Assembly: GCA_964556755.1 (NCBI GenBank)
Contig: CAZKXI010000013.1
Coordinates: 2,009 to 66,008, forward strand
Source of the DNA: an uncultured Eubacteriales bacterium
GTDB taxonomy: Bacteria; Acidobacteriota; Aminicenantia; Aminicenantales; UBA4085
Reading direction: 5' to 3'
DNA: 64,000 nucleotides
Shown piece after piece: positions 34,348-42,634 of this stretch (position 1 is its first letter; each line of letters opens with the position of its first letter). The position numbers were made by a program, and so were the translations under genes. A model generated the notes under the pieces. The model was not told the origin of the DNA. It saw only the letters and a list, made by a program, of their open reading frames with translations, and ran no database searches.

Positions 34348-35102
34348 CCTTCCGCGTCCGCGGCCTCCGCTTCCGCCGGCCCCGCTTCGAGCTGGACGTG
34401 CCGGCCCTGACGATCCCGGCCGGGCGGCTGACCGCCGTCGTCGGCCCCAATGGGGCCGGCAAGACGACCCTGCTCCGCTGCCTGGCCGGCCTGCTGCCCG
34501 TGCCGCCCGGAGTCGTGAGCCTGGGCGGCGAGGACCTGGCTGGACTGGCCGCGGGCCCGCGAGCGCGCCGGCTGGCGTTCGTCCCGCAGGAGCATGCCGC
34601 GGCCTTCAACTACGCCGTCCGCGACTTCATCCTTATGGGCCGGGCGCCCTATCTGGGGCTCTTCGGCTCGCCCGGCGCCGACGACGAGGTCCGGGCGGCC
34701 GAAGCCCTGGCCTTCGTCGGCTTGCCGGGCTACGCCGATCGCCCCTTCCTCGAGATGAGCAGCGGCGAGCGGCGCCTGATCCTCATCGCCAGGGCCTTGG
34801 CCCAAGACACACCCGCCCTTCTTCTGGACGAGCCGGCGACCTTCCTGGACCCGCGCCACGAGTCCGAGGTGATGGGCCTTCTTGGCCGCCTGGTGGCGGA
34901 GCGGGGCAAGACCGTCCTGGTCACGCTGCACAATCTGGACATGGCGGCCCGCCTGGCCGATGTCTTGGTCGTCCTGCGATCCGGCCGGATCGCCGCCTGC
35001 GGCCCGCCCCGCGAGGTCCTCAGCGAGGATCTCCTGGCCCGGGTCTACGAGATCCCGATGCGGATCCTGGACCACGAGGGCCTCACCTTCATCGTCCGCT
35101 GA
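34344..35102 (+). CDS. Iron-chelate/cobalamin ABC transporter ATP-binding protein
   Basis: GPNGAGKTT, MSSGERR, LLLDEP, VTLH; GTGA overlap with the permease. Confidence 0.9.
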   Translation: MTFRVRGLRFRRPRFELDVPALTIPAGRLTAVVGPNGAGKTTLLRCLAGLLPVPPGVVSLGGEDLAGLAAGPRARRLAFVPQEHAAAFNYAVRDFILMGRAPYLGLFGSPGADDEVRAAEALAFVGLPGYADRPFLEMSSGERRLILIARALAQDTPALLLDEPATFLDPRHESEVMGLLGRLVAERGKTVLVTLHNLDMAARLADVLVVLRSGRIAACGPPREVLSEDLLARVYEIPMRILDHEGLTFIVR

Positions 35103-35232
35103 AGCCACGCGGGCCGGAGGGGCTTGTCTTTCCCCCCCGATCGTCTATAATGGTCGCGTTCCGAACAGCGGAACCCCCCCCTCCCGCCAGTGTCCTTCAC
35201 GGAGTGACGGGTCCGCCGCCGCAAGGAGACCC

Positions 35233-37026
35233 ATGAGATCGAACAGGCTGAAGATACGCTACCTCAACGGCAGCCGGCTCTACCACGCCTTCCTGGCCGG
35301 AGGGGACGCGGTCATCAACGATCAAGTCTTCCTCAATCGCATCAACGTCTTCCCTGTTCCCGACGGGGACACGGGGACCAATATGGCTTCCACCTTTCGG
35401 GCCATCGCCGAAGGGGCCCGGTCCGGCCGCTCGATCCGGGAGACTCTCCGCTCCATCGCCGACGCCGCCCTGCACGGCGCCCAGGGCAATTCGGGCCTGA
35501 TCCTGGCCCAGTTCCTCTACGGACTCAGCCGCGAAGTCGGCCACGAATGGAGGCTGACGACCAAGTCTTTCGGCGAGTCCGTACGGAGGGCCGCCCAGCA
35601 CGCCGCCCGGGCCATCCTCCACCCGGTCGAAGGGACGATGATCACGGTCATCCGCGACTGGGCCGAGTCCGTGTACCAGAAGCGGCTGCACACGGCCGAC
35701 TTCGAGGAGCTCCTGGCCGAAGCCCTGCCCGCGGCCCGCCGGTCGCTCCGCGAGACGCCCCGCAAGCTGGCCGTCCTGGCCAGGGCCGGCGTCGTGGACG
35801 CGGGGGCCAAGGGATTCGTCGACTTCTTGGAAGGCATCCTCCAGTTCATCAAGCGCGGGCGCCTGCGCCGCGATCCCCAGCCCGGACCGGCCTGGACACC
35901 GGCCGAGGCCAAGACGCCGGCCCGCGACAAGTCCCTCCACAACCGGTACTGCGCCGAGGCTCTCCTGGCCGGCCAGGATCTGTCGCCCGAGGCCGTCCGG
36001 GCCGTCGTCGACCGCTTCGGGGATTCGGCCGTCGTGGCCGGCTCGGAGGACCGCATCCGCGTTCACGTCCACACCAACGAGCCGGACGGGCTCTTCGACC
36101 AGCTCAAGGATCTCGGCGCCATCCGCCAGATCAAGGTCGATGACATGCGCAAGCAGCACGAAGCCGCCTGGGCCCCCCGGTCCAGGGTGGCCGTCATCAC
36201 GGACTCGGCCTGCGACCTGCCGCAGGAGATCATGGACGAGCGGCAGATCCACTTCGTGCCCATGTCGATCCAATGGGGCGAGCAGCTCTTCCTGGACAAG
36301 CTGACCATGAAGGCGGACCGGTTCTACGACCGGCTGCAGGCGGAGGACGTCCAGCCGACGTCGGCCGTCCCGGCCCTCAAGTCCTTCCAGAACGCCCTCT
36401 CCTACCTGGCCGGCCACTACGACTCGATCATCGCCGTCAGCCTGTCCTCCGGCCTGTCGGGCGTCCATGACGCCTTCCGCAAGGCCGCGGAAAGCCTGCC
36501 GGGCCGCAGGATCAGCGTCTTCGACTCGCGCTCCATCTCGGCCGGCGAGGGACTGATCGTGGCGCGGGCCACCGAGATGGCCCTGGCCGGCGAGGGGCAC
36601 GAGACGATCGCCCGCGGCATCGAGTCCTGGACGGCCAAGACCCACCTGCTCATCGACGTCAGGACGCTCAAGCCTCTCATTCGCGGCGGGCGCGTCAGCC
36701 CGGCCAAGGGCTTCCTGGCCAGACTGCTCCACATCCTGCCTCTCCTGTCGCTCGACGGGAGCGGCAAGGCGGCTCCCTTCGGCAAGGCCTTCAGCCGCCG
36801 GGGCGCCATGGCCGGCATCCTGGCTCGAGTCGCCGAGCTGACGGGCCGGGACAAGCTGTGGAATTACGCGGTCGTTCACGCCAAGAATCCCGGCCGGGCG
36901 AGCGCCTACCGGGACAGGCTGACGGCCTTGCTCGGCCGACCGCCGGCTTACATCATGGATGTCTCCCCCGTCATCGGGGTCCACTGCGGCGTCGGCGCCG
37001 TGGCCGTCGCCCTGCTGATGGAATAA
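35233..37026 (+). CDS. DAK2 (FakA-like) + DegV (FakB-like) fatty-acid kinase fusion
   Basis: NVFPVPDGDTGTNM, GAQGNSG, VEGTMITV, VVDAGA, VHVHTNEP; DegV VITDSACDL, TSAVP, SSGLSG, GVHCG. Confidence 0.9.
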   Translation: MRSNRLKIRYLNGSRLYHAFLAGGDAVINDQVFLNRINVFPVPDGDTGTNMASTFRAIAEGARSGRSIRETLRSIADAALHGAQGNSGLILAQFLYGLSREVGHEWRLTTKSFGESVRRAAQHAARAILHPVEGTMITVIRDWAESVYQKRLHTADFEELLAEALPAARRSLRETPRKLAVLARAGVVDAGAKGFVDFLEGILQFIKRGRLRRDPQPGPAWTPAEAKTPARDKSLHNRYCAEALLAGQDLSPEAVRAVVDRFGDSAVVAGSEDRIRVHVHTNEPDGLFDQLKDLGAIRQIKVDDMRKQHEAAWAPRSRVAVITDSACDLPQEIMDERQIHFVPMSIQWGEQLFLDKLTMKADRFYDRLQAEDVQPTSAVPALKSFQNALSYLAGHYDSIIAVSLSSGLSGVHDAFRKAAESLPGRRISVFDSRSISAGEGLIVARATEMALAGEGHETIARGIESWTAKTHLLIDVRTLKPLIRGGRVSPAKGFLARLLHILPLLSLDGSGKAAPFGKAFSRRGAMAGILARVAELTGRDKLWNYAVVHAKNPGRASAYRDRLTALLGRPPAYIMDVSPVIGVHCGVGAVAVALLME

Positions 37027-37029
37027 GGC

Positions 37030-37461
37030 TTACTTCAGCTCCGAGGTGCAGTGCGGGCAGCGGACGGCCCGCAGGGGGACGGCCGTCAAGCAGAAGGGGC
37101 AGTCCTTGGTCGTGGGAGCGGCCTCAGCCGGCTTCTTCCGGAAGGCGTTGATCCATTTGACCAGCAGGAAGACGGCCAGGGCTACGATCACGAATTCCAG
37201 CAGCGTGTTGAGGAAGGCGCCGTAGGCGATAACCGGGGCGCCGGCCGCCTTGGCGGCGGCCAAGCCGTCGTAAGGCTGGCCCGAGAGATTGAGGAACAGG
37301 CTTCCGAAGTCGACCTTGCCCAGGAGAAGGCCGATGGGCGGCATCAGGACGTCGTTGATCAGCGAGGTGACGATCTTGCCGAAGGCCGCGCCCATGATGA
37401 AGCCGACGGCCATGTCCATGACGTTGCCCTTCTGGATGAACTCCTTGAATTCCTTGATCAT
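37030..37461 (-). CDS. mscL: Large-conductance mechanosensitive channel with C-terminal CxxC..CxxC
   Basis: [31 protein letters not shown]; tail CPFC..CPHC. Confidence 0.95.
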   Translation of the reverse strand: MIKEFKEFIQKGNVMDMAVGFIMGAAFGKIVTSLINDVLMPPIGLLLGKVDFGSLFLNLSGQPYDGLAAAKAAGAPVIAYGAFLNTLLEFVIVALAVFLLVKWINAFRKKPAEAAPTTKDCPFCLTAVPLRAVRCPHCTSELK

Positions 37462-37608
37462 GCTCTCCTCCCTCGACGATCGGTCTCGGACCCACTCTAA
37501 TCCCCGGTTGGACGGCCGTCAAGCCGGCGGATTCGCGTGTCCGCATTTGATTCGGCCCTGAGCCTAGTGTTAAGATTAAGGACATAGGGATCTCCGAGGA
37601 CCCTCTTG

Positions 37609-39024
37609 ATGGAAGCCAAGGAAAGACTGCTTGTCGCCGGCCGCGATGCGGCGCTCTTCGAGCTATTGGCTTCCACATCCGCCGCCGGTCTCTTCCAGGC
37701 CTCGTTCTGCCCCTGGGACGAGGATCTTCCGGCCTTCATCCGCGGCCACGACATACGCTTCGTCCTGCTCGATATCCCGGACGCCTCGGAGGCCGCCGCG
37801 GCCCGGCTCGAGGAGATCCGAGGCTCCGATCCCGCCCTGGACGTGCTTGTCGCCGGGCCCCCGCTCCATCCCGAAGAGGCCATGGACTGGATTCGCCGCG
37901 GCGCCGTCGACTATCTCCCCAAGCCCGTGGCCGGCGAGGCCCTCCGGGCCGCTCTGCAGAGATCCCTGGACAAGCGGGAGCTGCGGCGGGAGACGTTCCT
38001 CCTGGAGCGGAAGCTGGAGAAGAAGTACTATTTCCAGGGCCTCGTCAGCAAGAGCCCCTACATGATGGAGGTCTTCGGCCAGATCGAGGCGATCGCCCGC
38101 CACTTCTCCTCCATCCTCATCACCGGCGAGACCGGCACCGGCAAGGAGCTCGTCGCCCGGGCCTTGCACGCCCTGAGCGAGACGGCCAACCGCCGCCTGG
38201 TCGTCTGCGACTGCGCCTCCATCCCCGACACCCTCTTCGAGTCCGAGCTCTTCGGCTACGCCCGGGGGGCTTTCACCGGGGCCGACCGCCCTAAGAGAGG
38301 CCTGTTCGAGGAGGCCCACGACGGCGTCATCTTCCTGGACGAGATCGGCGAGATCCCGCTGACCGTTCAGGCCAAGCTGCTGCGGGTCCTGGAGAACCGC
38401 CAGATCCGGCCGCTCGGCTCCAACGACGTTCGGACGGTCCATGTCCGGGTCGTAGCCGCGACCAACCGCGACCTGGCCGACCTCATCCGCCGCGGCGCCT
38501 TCCGGGAGGACCTCTATCACCGCCTCAACCGGGTCGAGATCCACCTGCCGCCTTTGCGCGAGCGGGCCGAGGACCTTCCCCTGCTCGTGCGCCACTTATT
38601 GGACGGGATCAACCGGGCCTTCGGCAAGTCGGTCAGGGGCCTCTCGCGCGACGTTCAGAAGGCCTTCCTCAAGCACGACTGGCCGGGCAACGTGCGGGAG
38701 CTCGAGAACGTCCTGCAGAGCGCCGTCATGACCACCCGCAGGGACTTCATCGACGTGGCCGACCTGCCCAAGTCGCTCCGCGAGCAGGCGGCCGTCCAGG
38801 CCCGGCCCGCCTTCGGCGGGCGGGACAGCCTCTCGACCTTGGAGGATTTGGAGAAGGAGTATATCGCCTATCTCCTGAAGCTGACCGGGTTCAACCTTAA
38901 AAGGACCGCCGAGGTCCTCAATATCTCGCGGACGACCCTCTACAACAAGATGGCCCGCTACGGCATCGCCCGCGAGCCGCGGGCGACCGCGTCCCGCCGG
39001 CCGGAGCCTCCGCCTTCGGACTAG
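37609..39024 (+). CDS. sigma54-dependent enhancer-binding response regulator (NtrC family)
   Basis: GETGTGKE, ESELFG, GAFTGA, FLDEIG, RVVAATNRDL, WPGNVRELEN, Fis-type HTH. Confidence 0.92.
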   Translation: MEAKERLLVAGRDAALFELLASTSAAGLFQASFCPWDEDLPAFIRGHDIRFVLLDIPDASEAAAARLEEIRGSDPALDVLVAGPPLHPEEAMDWIRRGAVDYLPKPVAGEALRAALQRSLDKRELRRETFLLERKLEKKYYFQGLVSKSPYMMEVFGQIEAIARHFSSILITGETGTGKELVARALHALSETANRRLVVCDCASIPDTLFESELFGYARGAFTGADRPKRGLFEEAHDGVIFLDEIGEIPLTVQAKLLRVLENRQIRPLGSNDVRTVHVRVVAATNRDLADLIRRGAFREDLYHRLNRVEIHLPPLRERAEDLPLLVRHLLDGINRAFGKSVRGLSRDVQKAFLKHDWPGNVRELENVLQSAVMTTRRDFIDVADLPKSLREQAAVQARPAFGGRDSLSTLEDLEKEYIAYLLKLTGFNLKRTAEVLNISRTTLYNKMARYGIAREPRATASRRPEPPPSD

Positions 39025-39046
39025 GCGCAGGCCGGGGGCCCGGGCT

Positions 39047-39973
39047 CTAGATGGCCTGGACCGTCTCGATCTCCTTCAGCACGTCGTGGGCCAGGCGCAG
39101 GGCCTGCAGCCCCTCCTCGCCGCTGACCTTGCCGGGACGACCCTCGGCGATGCAGGTCAGAAAGTTCTGGATCTCCTTCTTCAGCGGCTCCTCCTTGCGG
39201 ATCTTGAAGGTCTTGATGTCGGTCTGGCGTCCGCTGAGGGGGAAGACTTTGACTTCCTGGTCGATGTAGTCGATGGTGTAGTAAGCCGTCGGCTCGAAGA
39301 TGCGCAGCTTGCGGACCTTGCCCTGGTGGACCCGGCTGGCGGTCAGGATGGCTACGCAGCCGGACTTGAACTCCAGCCGGGCGTTGGCGATATCGATCTT
39401 CTCGGACAGGACGTGGATGCCCGAGGAGCGGATGGCCCCGACCTCGTCATTGATCAGCGAGCGGATGATGTCCAGGTCGTGGATCATGAGGTCCAGGACC
39501 ACGTCGACGTCCAGGGAGCGGGCCGAGAAGGAGCCCAGCCTCTGGACCTCGATGAACTTGGGCTCGGAGATCATGTCCGCGACCGCTTCCACGGCCGGAT
39601 TGAAGCGCTCCAGATGGCCGACCTGGAAGATCAGGCCCTGGCGCTTGGCTTCGGCCACCAGCTCCTCGGCCTGGGCCACGGTCTCGGTGATGGGCTTCTC
39701 GACCAGGACATGCTTGCCCCTCCGGAGGAGCTCCAGCGAGATGGCATGATGCACCGAGGTCGGGGTGGCCACGATGCCGGCGTCGATCTCCTCGATCATC
39801 TCCCGGTAGTCCTGAAAGTACTTGACGCCGTGGCGGTTGCCGATCTCGAAAGCCTTCTTGAAGTCGATGTCGGCGACGGCCTTCAGCTCGCATTCCTCGA
39901 GATAGGAGGCGATCCGGGCGTGCTGCATGCCCAGGTACCCGACTCCGATGATTCCGACCTTGACCTTGTCCAT
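39047..39973 (-). CDS. Gfo/Idh/MocA oxidoreductase, GnnA-like (lipid A locus)
   Basis: GIIGVGYLG, VEKP, GHLERFNPA, DLMIHDLD; directly downstream of lpxI. Confidence 0.85.
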   Translation of the reverse strand: MDKVKVGIIGVGYLGMQHARIASYLEECELKAVADIDFKKAFEIGNRHGVKYFQDYREMIEEIDAGIVATPTSVHHAISLELLRRGKHVLVEKPITETVAQAEELVAEAKRQGLIFQVGHLERFNPAVEAVADMISEPKFIEVQRLGSFSARSLDVDVVLDLMIHDLDIIRSLINDEVGAIRSSGIHVLSEKIDIANARLEFKSGCVAILTASRVHQGKVRKLRIFEPTAYYTIDYIDQEVKVFPLSGRQTDIKTFKIRKEEPLKKEIQNFLTCIAEGRPGKVSGEEGLQALRLAHDVLKEIETVQAI

Positions 39974-39994
39974 GGAGAATCCTTTGCCCCTCGA

Positions 39995-40807
39995 TCAGGA
40001 GCGCTTGGCCAGGACGGCCAGCCCGGCCGCGTCGGCCAGGGCGATGGCCTCGTCCCTCTGGAAGAACGGCATGCGGCCGGCCTCGAAGCAGAGGGCCGCC
40101 GCCTTGACCTTGACCAGGCGGCGGACGGTGTCCAGGCCGACCGCCGGGATGTCGATGCGCGGGTCCTGCCGGGTCCGGGCCACCTTGATCACGACGAGGC
40201 CCGGACCGGCCAGCCGGCCGGCTCTTTCAATCGCCTCGCTGGTGCCTTCCATCCCCTCCACCGCTACCACGGCCCGGTCCTTGACCGCCAGCGTCTGGCC
40301 GATCTCCTCGTCGGCCAGGAGGCGGGCCCGCTCCCAGCCGAACTCGATGTCCTCCAGGATGGCCGGCGTGGGCGGGACGGATCCCAGGAGGCCCGGCGGG
40401 CAGAGGTAGGGCTGCAGGAGGAAGGAGGGATCGACGACTTCCACGCCCTGGGCGCCGAGATAGTCGATGAGCGTCTGGATCAGCCGGGCCGGGGTCTTGT
40501 CCCGGATCTGGGCGATGATCTGGAACAGGGCGTCGTCCATGGTCTCGGGCGGCTGCAGGACGGCCTTCGGATCGATGGCCCCGGCCATGACCGTCCGCCG
40601 GACCGACTGGCTCTTGAAGAAGGTGACAAGCTTGTCCAGCTCCGTCAGGCCGATCCACTCGAAGGCCGCAGCTCGGCTTTTGAGGTCGGGCTGAGCCTCG
40701 CTCCGGATGCCGGCTACGACGCACTCCAGGCCCAGCCGGGCGGCTTCCTCGAGAGCCAGGAGCGGGGACTCCCCCGCCCCGGCGATCAATCCGATTCGCT
40801 CTCCCAT
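39995..40807 (-). CDS. lpxI: UDP-2,3-diacylglucosamine diphosphatase LpxI
   Basis: IGLIAGAG, IGQT, VEGMEGT, DPRIDIPAVG, FEAG. Confidence 0.9.
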   Translation of the reverse strand: MGERIGLIAGAGESPLLALEEAARLGLECVVAGIRSEAQPDLKSRAAAFEWIGLTELDKLVTFFKSQSVRRTVMAGAIDPKAVLQPPETMDDALFQIIAQIRDKTPARLIQTLIDYLGAQGVEVVDPSFLLQPYLCPPGLLGSVPPTPAILEDIEFGWERARLLADEEIGQTLAVKDRAVVAVEGMEGTSEAIERAGRLAGPGLVVIKVARTRQDPRIDIPAVGLDTVRRLVKVKAAALCFEAGRMPFFQRDEAIALADAAGLAVLAKRS

Positions 40808-41607
40808 GTCTCCGCCGTTTTCTTGACCAAGCCGCGCTTGGAGGCGGCGATGAAGGCCAGCATCTCCTCCCGGTCGGGGCCGGGGACGATCTCGTCCCGG
40901 ATCGACTGGACCGCCTGGGCGGTATTGAGGCCGGCGTAGAAGAGCCGCTGGAACATCGCCTTGATCGCCGCGATCCGCTCCCGGTCGAAGCCCTTGCGCC
41001 TCAGCCCCACGACGTTCAGGCCGAAGACCTTGGCCGGCCGGGCCCCGACGACCCGGCTGAAAGGAACGACGTCCTGGGTGATGACCGAATAGCCGCCGAT
41101 GAAGGCGAAGCGCCCGATGCGGCTGAACTGGTGGACGCCGCTGAAGGCGCTGATCATGGCCTGGTCGCCGACGTGGACGTGGCCGCCCAGAGTCGCCCCG
41201 TTGATCAAGATGACCCGGTCCCCGACCCGGCAGTCGTGGGCCACGTGGACGTTGGCCATGAGGTAGTTGTCGCTGCCGATCGAGGTCAGCCGCTCCTCCT
41301 TGGTCGTGGCCCGGTGGACGGTGACGTACTCGCGCAGGATATTGCGGTCGCCCAGGACGACCCGGGTCTCCTCGCCGCGATAGCCGACGTCCTGCGGCGG
41401 CGTGCCCAGGACCGAGAACATGCCGATGGAGTTGTCCGCTCCCAGTTCGGTCCAGCCCTCCACGACGACGTGCGACTCCAGGCGGGTCCGGGGGCCGATG
41501 GTGACATGCGGACCGACCAGGCAGAAGGGCCCGATGAAGGCCCCCTCCCCGAGACGGGCCCCCGGATCGACGACGGCGGTCGGGTGGATGAAGGCGTCAA
41601 CGGCCAT
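40786..41607 (-). CDS. lpxA: Acyl-ACP:UDP-GlcNAc O-acyltransferase
   Basis: IHPTAVV hexapeptide repeats, PPQD, REYVTVHRAT, HVAHDC, HQFSRIG, GLNVVGLRR. Confidence 0.95.
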   Translation of the reverse strand: MAVDAFIHPTAVVDPGARLGEGAFIGPFCLVGPHVTIGPRTRLESHVVVEGWTELGADNSIGMFSVLGTPPQDVGYRGEETRVVLGDRNILREYVTVHRATTKEERLTSIGSDNYLMANVHVAHDCRVGDRVILINGATLGGHVHVGDQAMISAFSGVHQFSRIGRFAFIGGYSVITQDVVPFSRVVGARPAKVFGLNVVGLRRKGFDRERIAAIKAMFQRLFYAGLNTAQAVQSIRDEIVPGPDREEMLAFIAASKRGLVKKTAETWESESD

Positions 41608-42061
41608 GGATCTCCTCGCGGTCGATCAGGGAGGCCCACAGCGTCCCTTCCACGGCCAGCTCGCCATCGACGATGGCCCGCCCCTTCAGCTGGTGGAAGC
41701 GGCCCTTGATCTTATGCAGCTCGGCTTCCAGCCGGAGCTGGTCCCCGGGGACCACCGGCCGCCGGAACTTGGTGTCCTCGATCTTGCTGAGGAGCATGAA
41801 CTTGGATTGGGGATTGGGGATGGAATGGTAGACCAGGATCCCGCCCGCTTGGGCCACCGCCTCGACGATGAGGACGCCCGGCATGATCCGGGCCAGGGGA
41901 AAGTGGCCCTGGAAGAACTCCTCGTTGAACGTCACGTTCTTCAAGGCCAGGATCGACCGCCCGGCGTCCATGGCCAGAACCCGGTCGACCAGCAGGAACG
42001 GGTAGCGGTGCGGCAGGAACTTGAGGATGTCCTCGATGTTCAGGACCGGACCGGAGGTCAT
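41597..42061 (-). CDS. fabZ: 3-hydroxyacyl-ACP dehydratase
   Basis: [35 protein letters not shown]. Confidence 0.96.
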   Translation of the reverse strand: MTSGPVLNIEDILKFLPHRYPFLLVDRVLAMDAGRSILALKNVTFNEEFFQGHFPLARIMPGVLIVEAVAQAGGILVYHSIPNPQSKFMLLSKIEDTKFRRPVVPGDQLRLEAELHKIKGRFHQLKGRAIVDGELAVEGTLWASLIDREEIHGR

Positions 42062-42588
42062 TTTGCGGGGACGGCCTTGGCGGCGTCGTAGCGCTTGATG
42101 ACCTCAGCCGTCATGTCGATGGTCGGGCTGACGTAGGCGGCCCCGCTCTTCTGCAGGTCGAAGATGAGGTCGAAGCCGCGCTCCTTGCCCAGGGCCTCGA
42201 CGATCGGGATGAGCTCGTCCTGGACCCGCTTGAAGAGGCGGTTGGTCAGCTCCTGCATGCCGGCGTAGGCGTCCTCGGCCATCCGCTTGCGGTCGGTGGT
42301 CTTCTTCTCCAGGTCGGCGGTGGCCTGGGCGGCGGCCTCGTCGGTCAGGGTCAGCCGCTGGGTGCTGAGCTTGGTCTGGAGCTGGCGGATGTCGTCGTCG
42401 AGCTTGGCGATGCTGGCCTGGTACTGCTTGTCCTTCTCCTGGATGCGGGCGATGACCTTCTTGCCCTCGACCGACTTCTCCAGGACGTCCTGCGAGTTGA
42501 TGACGCCGATCTTGCCCGTCTGGGCGTACAGCCCGGCGAAGCCGCCGATGACGGCCATCACGATCAATGCGGCGATAAGTCTCTTCAT
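42058..42588 (-). CDS. skp: OmpH/Skp periplasmic chaperone
   Basis: Signal peptide, KIGVINSQ, coiled coil, FDLIFD..IDMTAEVI; located between bamA and fabZ. Confidence 0.88.
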   Translation of the reverse strand: MKRLIAALIVMAVIGGFAGLYAQTGKIGVINSQDVLEKSVEGKKVIARIQEKDKQYQASIAKLDDDIRQLQTKLSTQRLTLTDEAAAQATADLEKKTTDRKRMAEDAYAGMQELTNRLFKRVQDELIPIVEALGKERGFDLIFDLQKSGAAYVSPTIDMTAEVIKRYDAAKAVPAK

Positions 42589-42634
42589 GGTCCGACCTCC
42601 TCAGTCGAATGCGGGATGGCGTCCCGCGGCAGGC

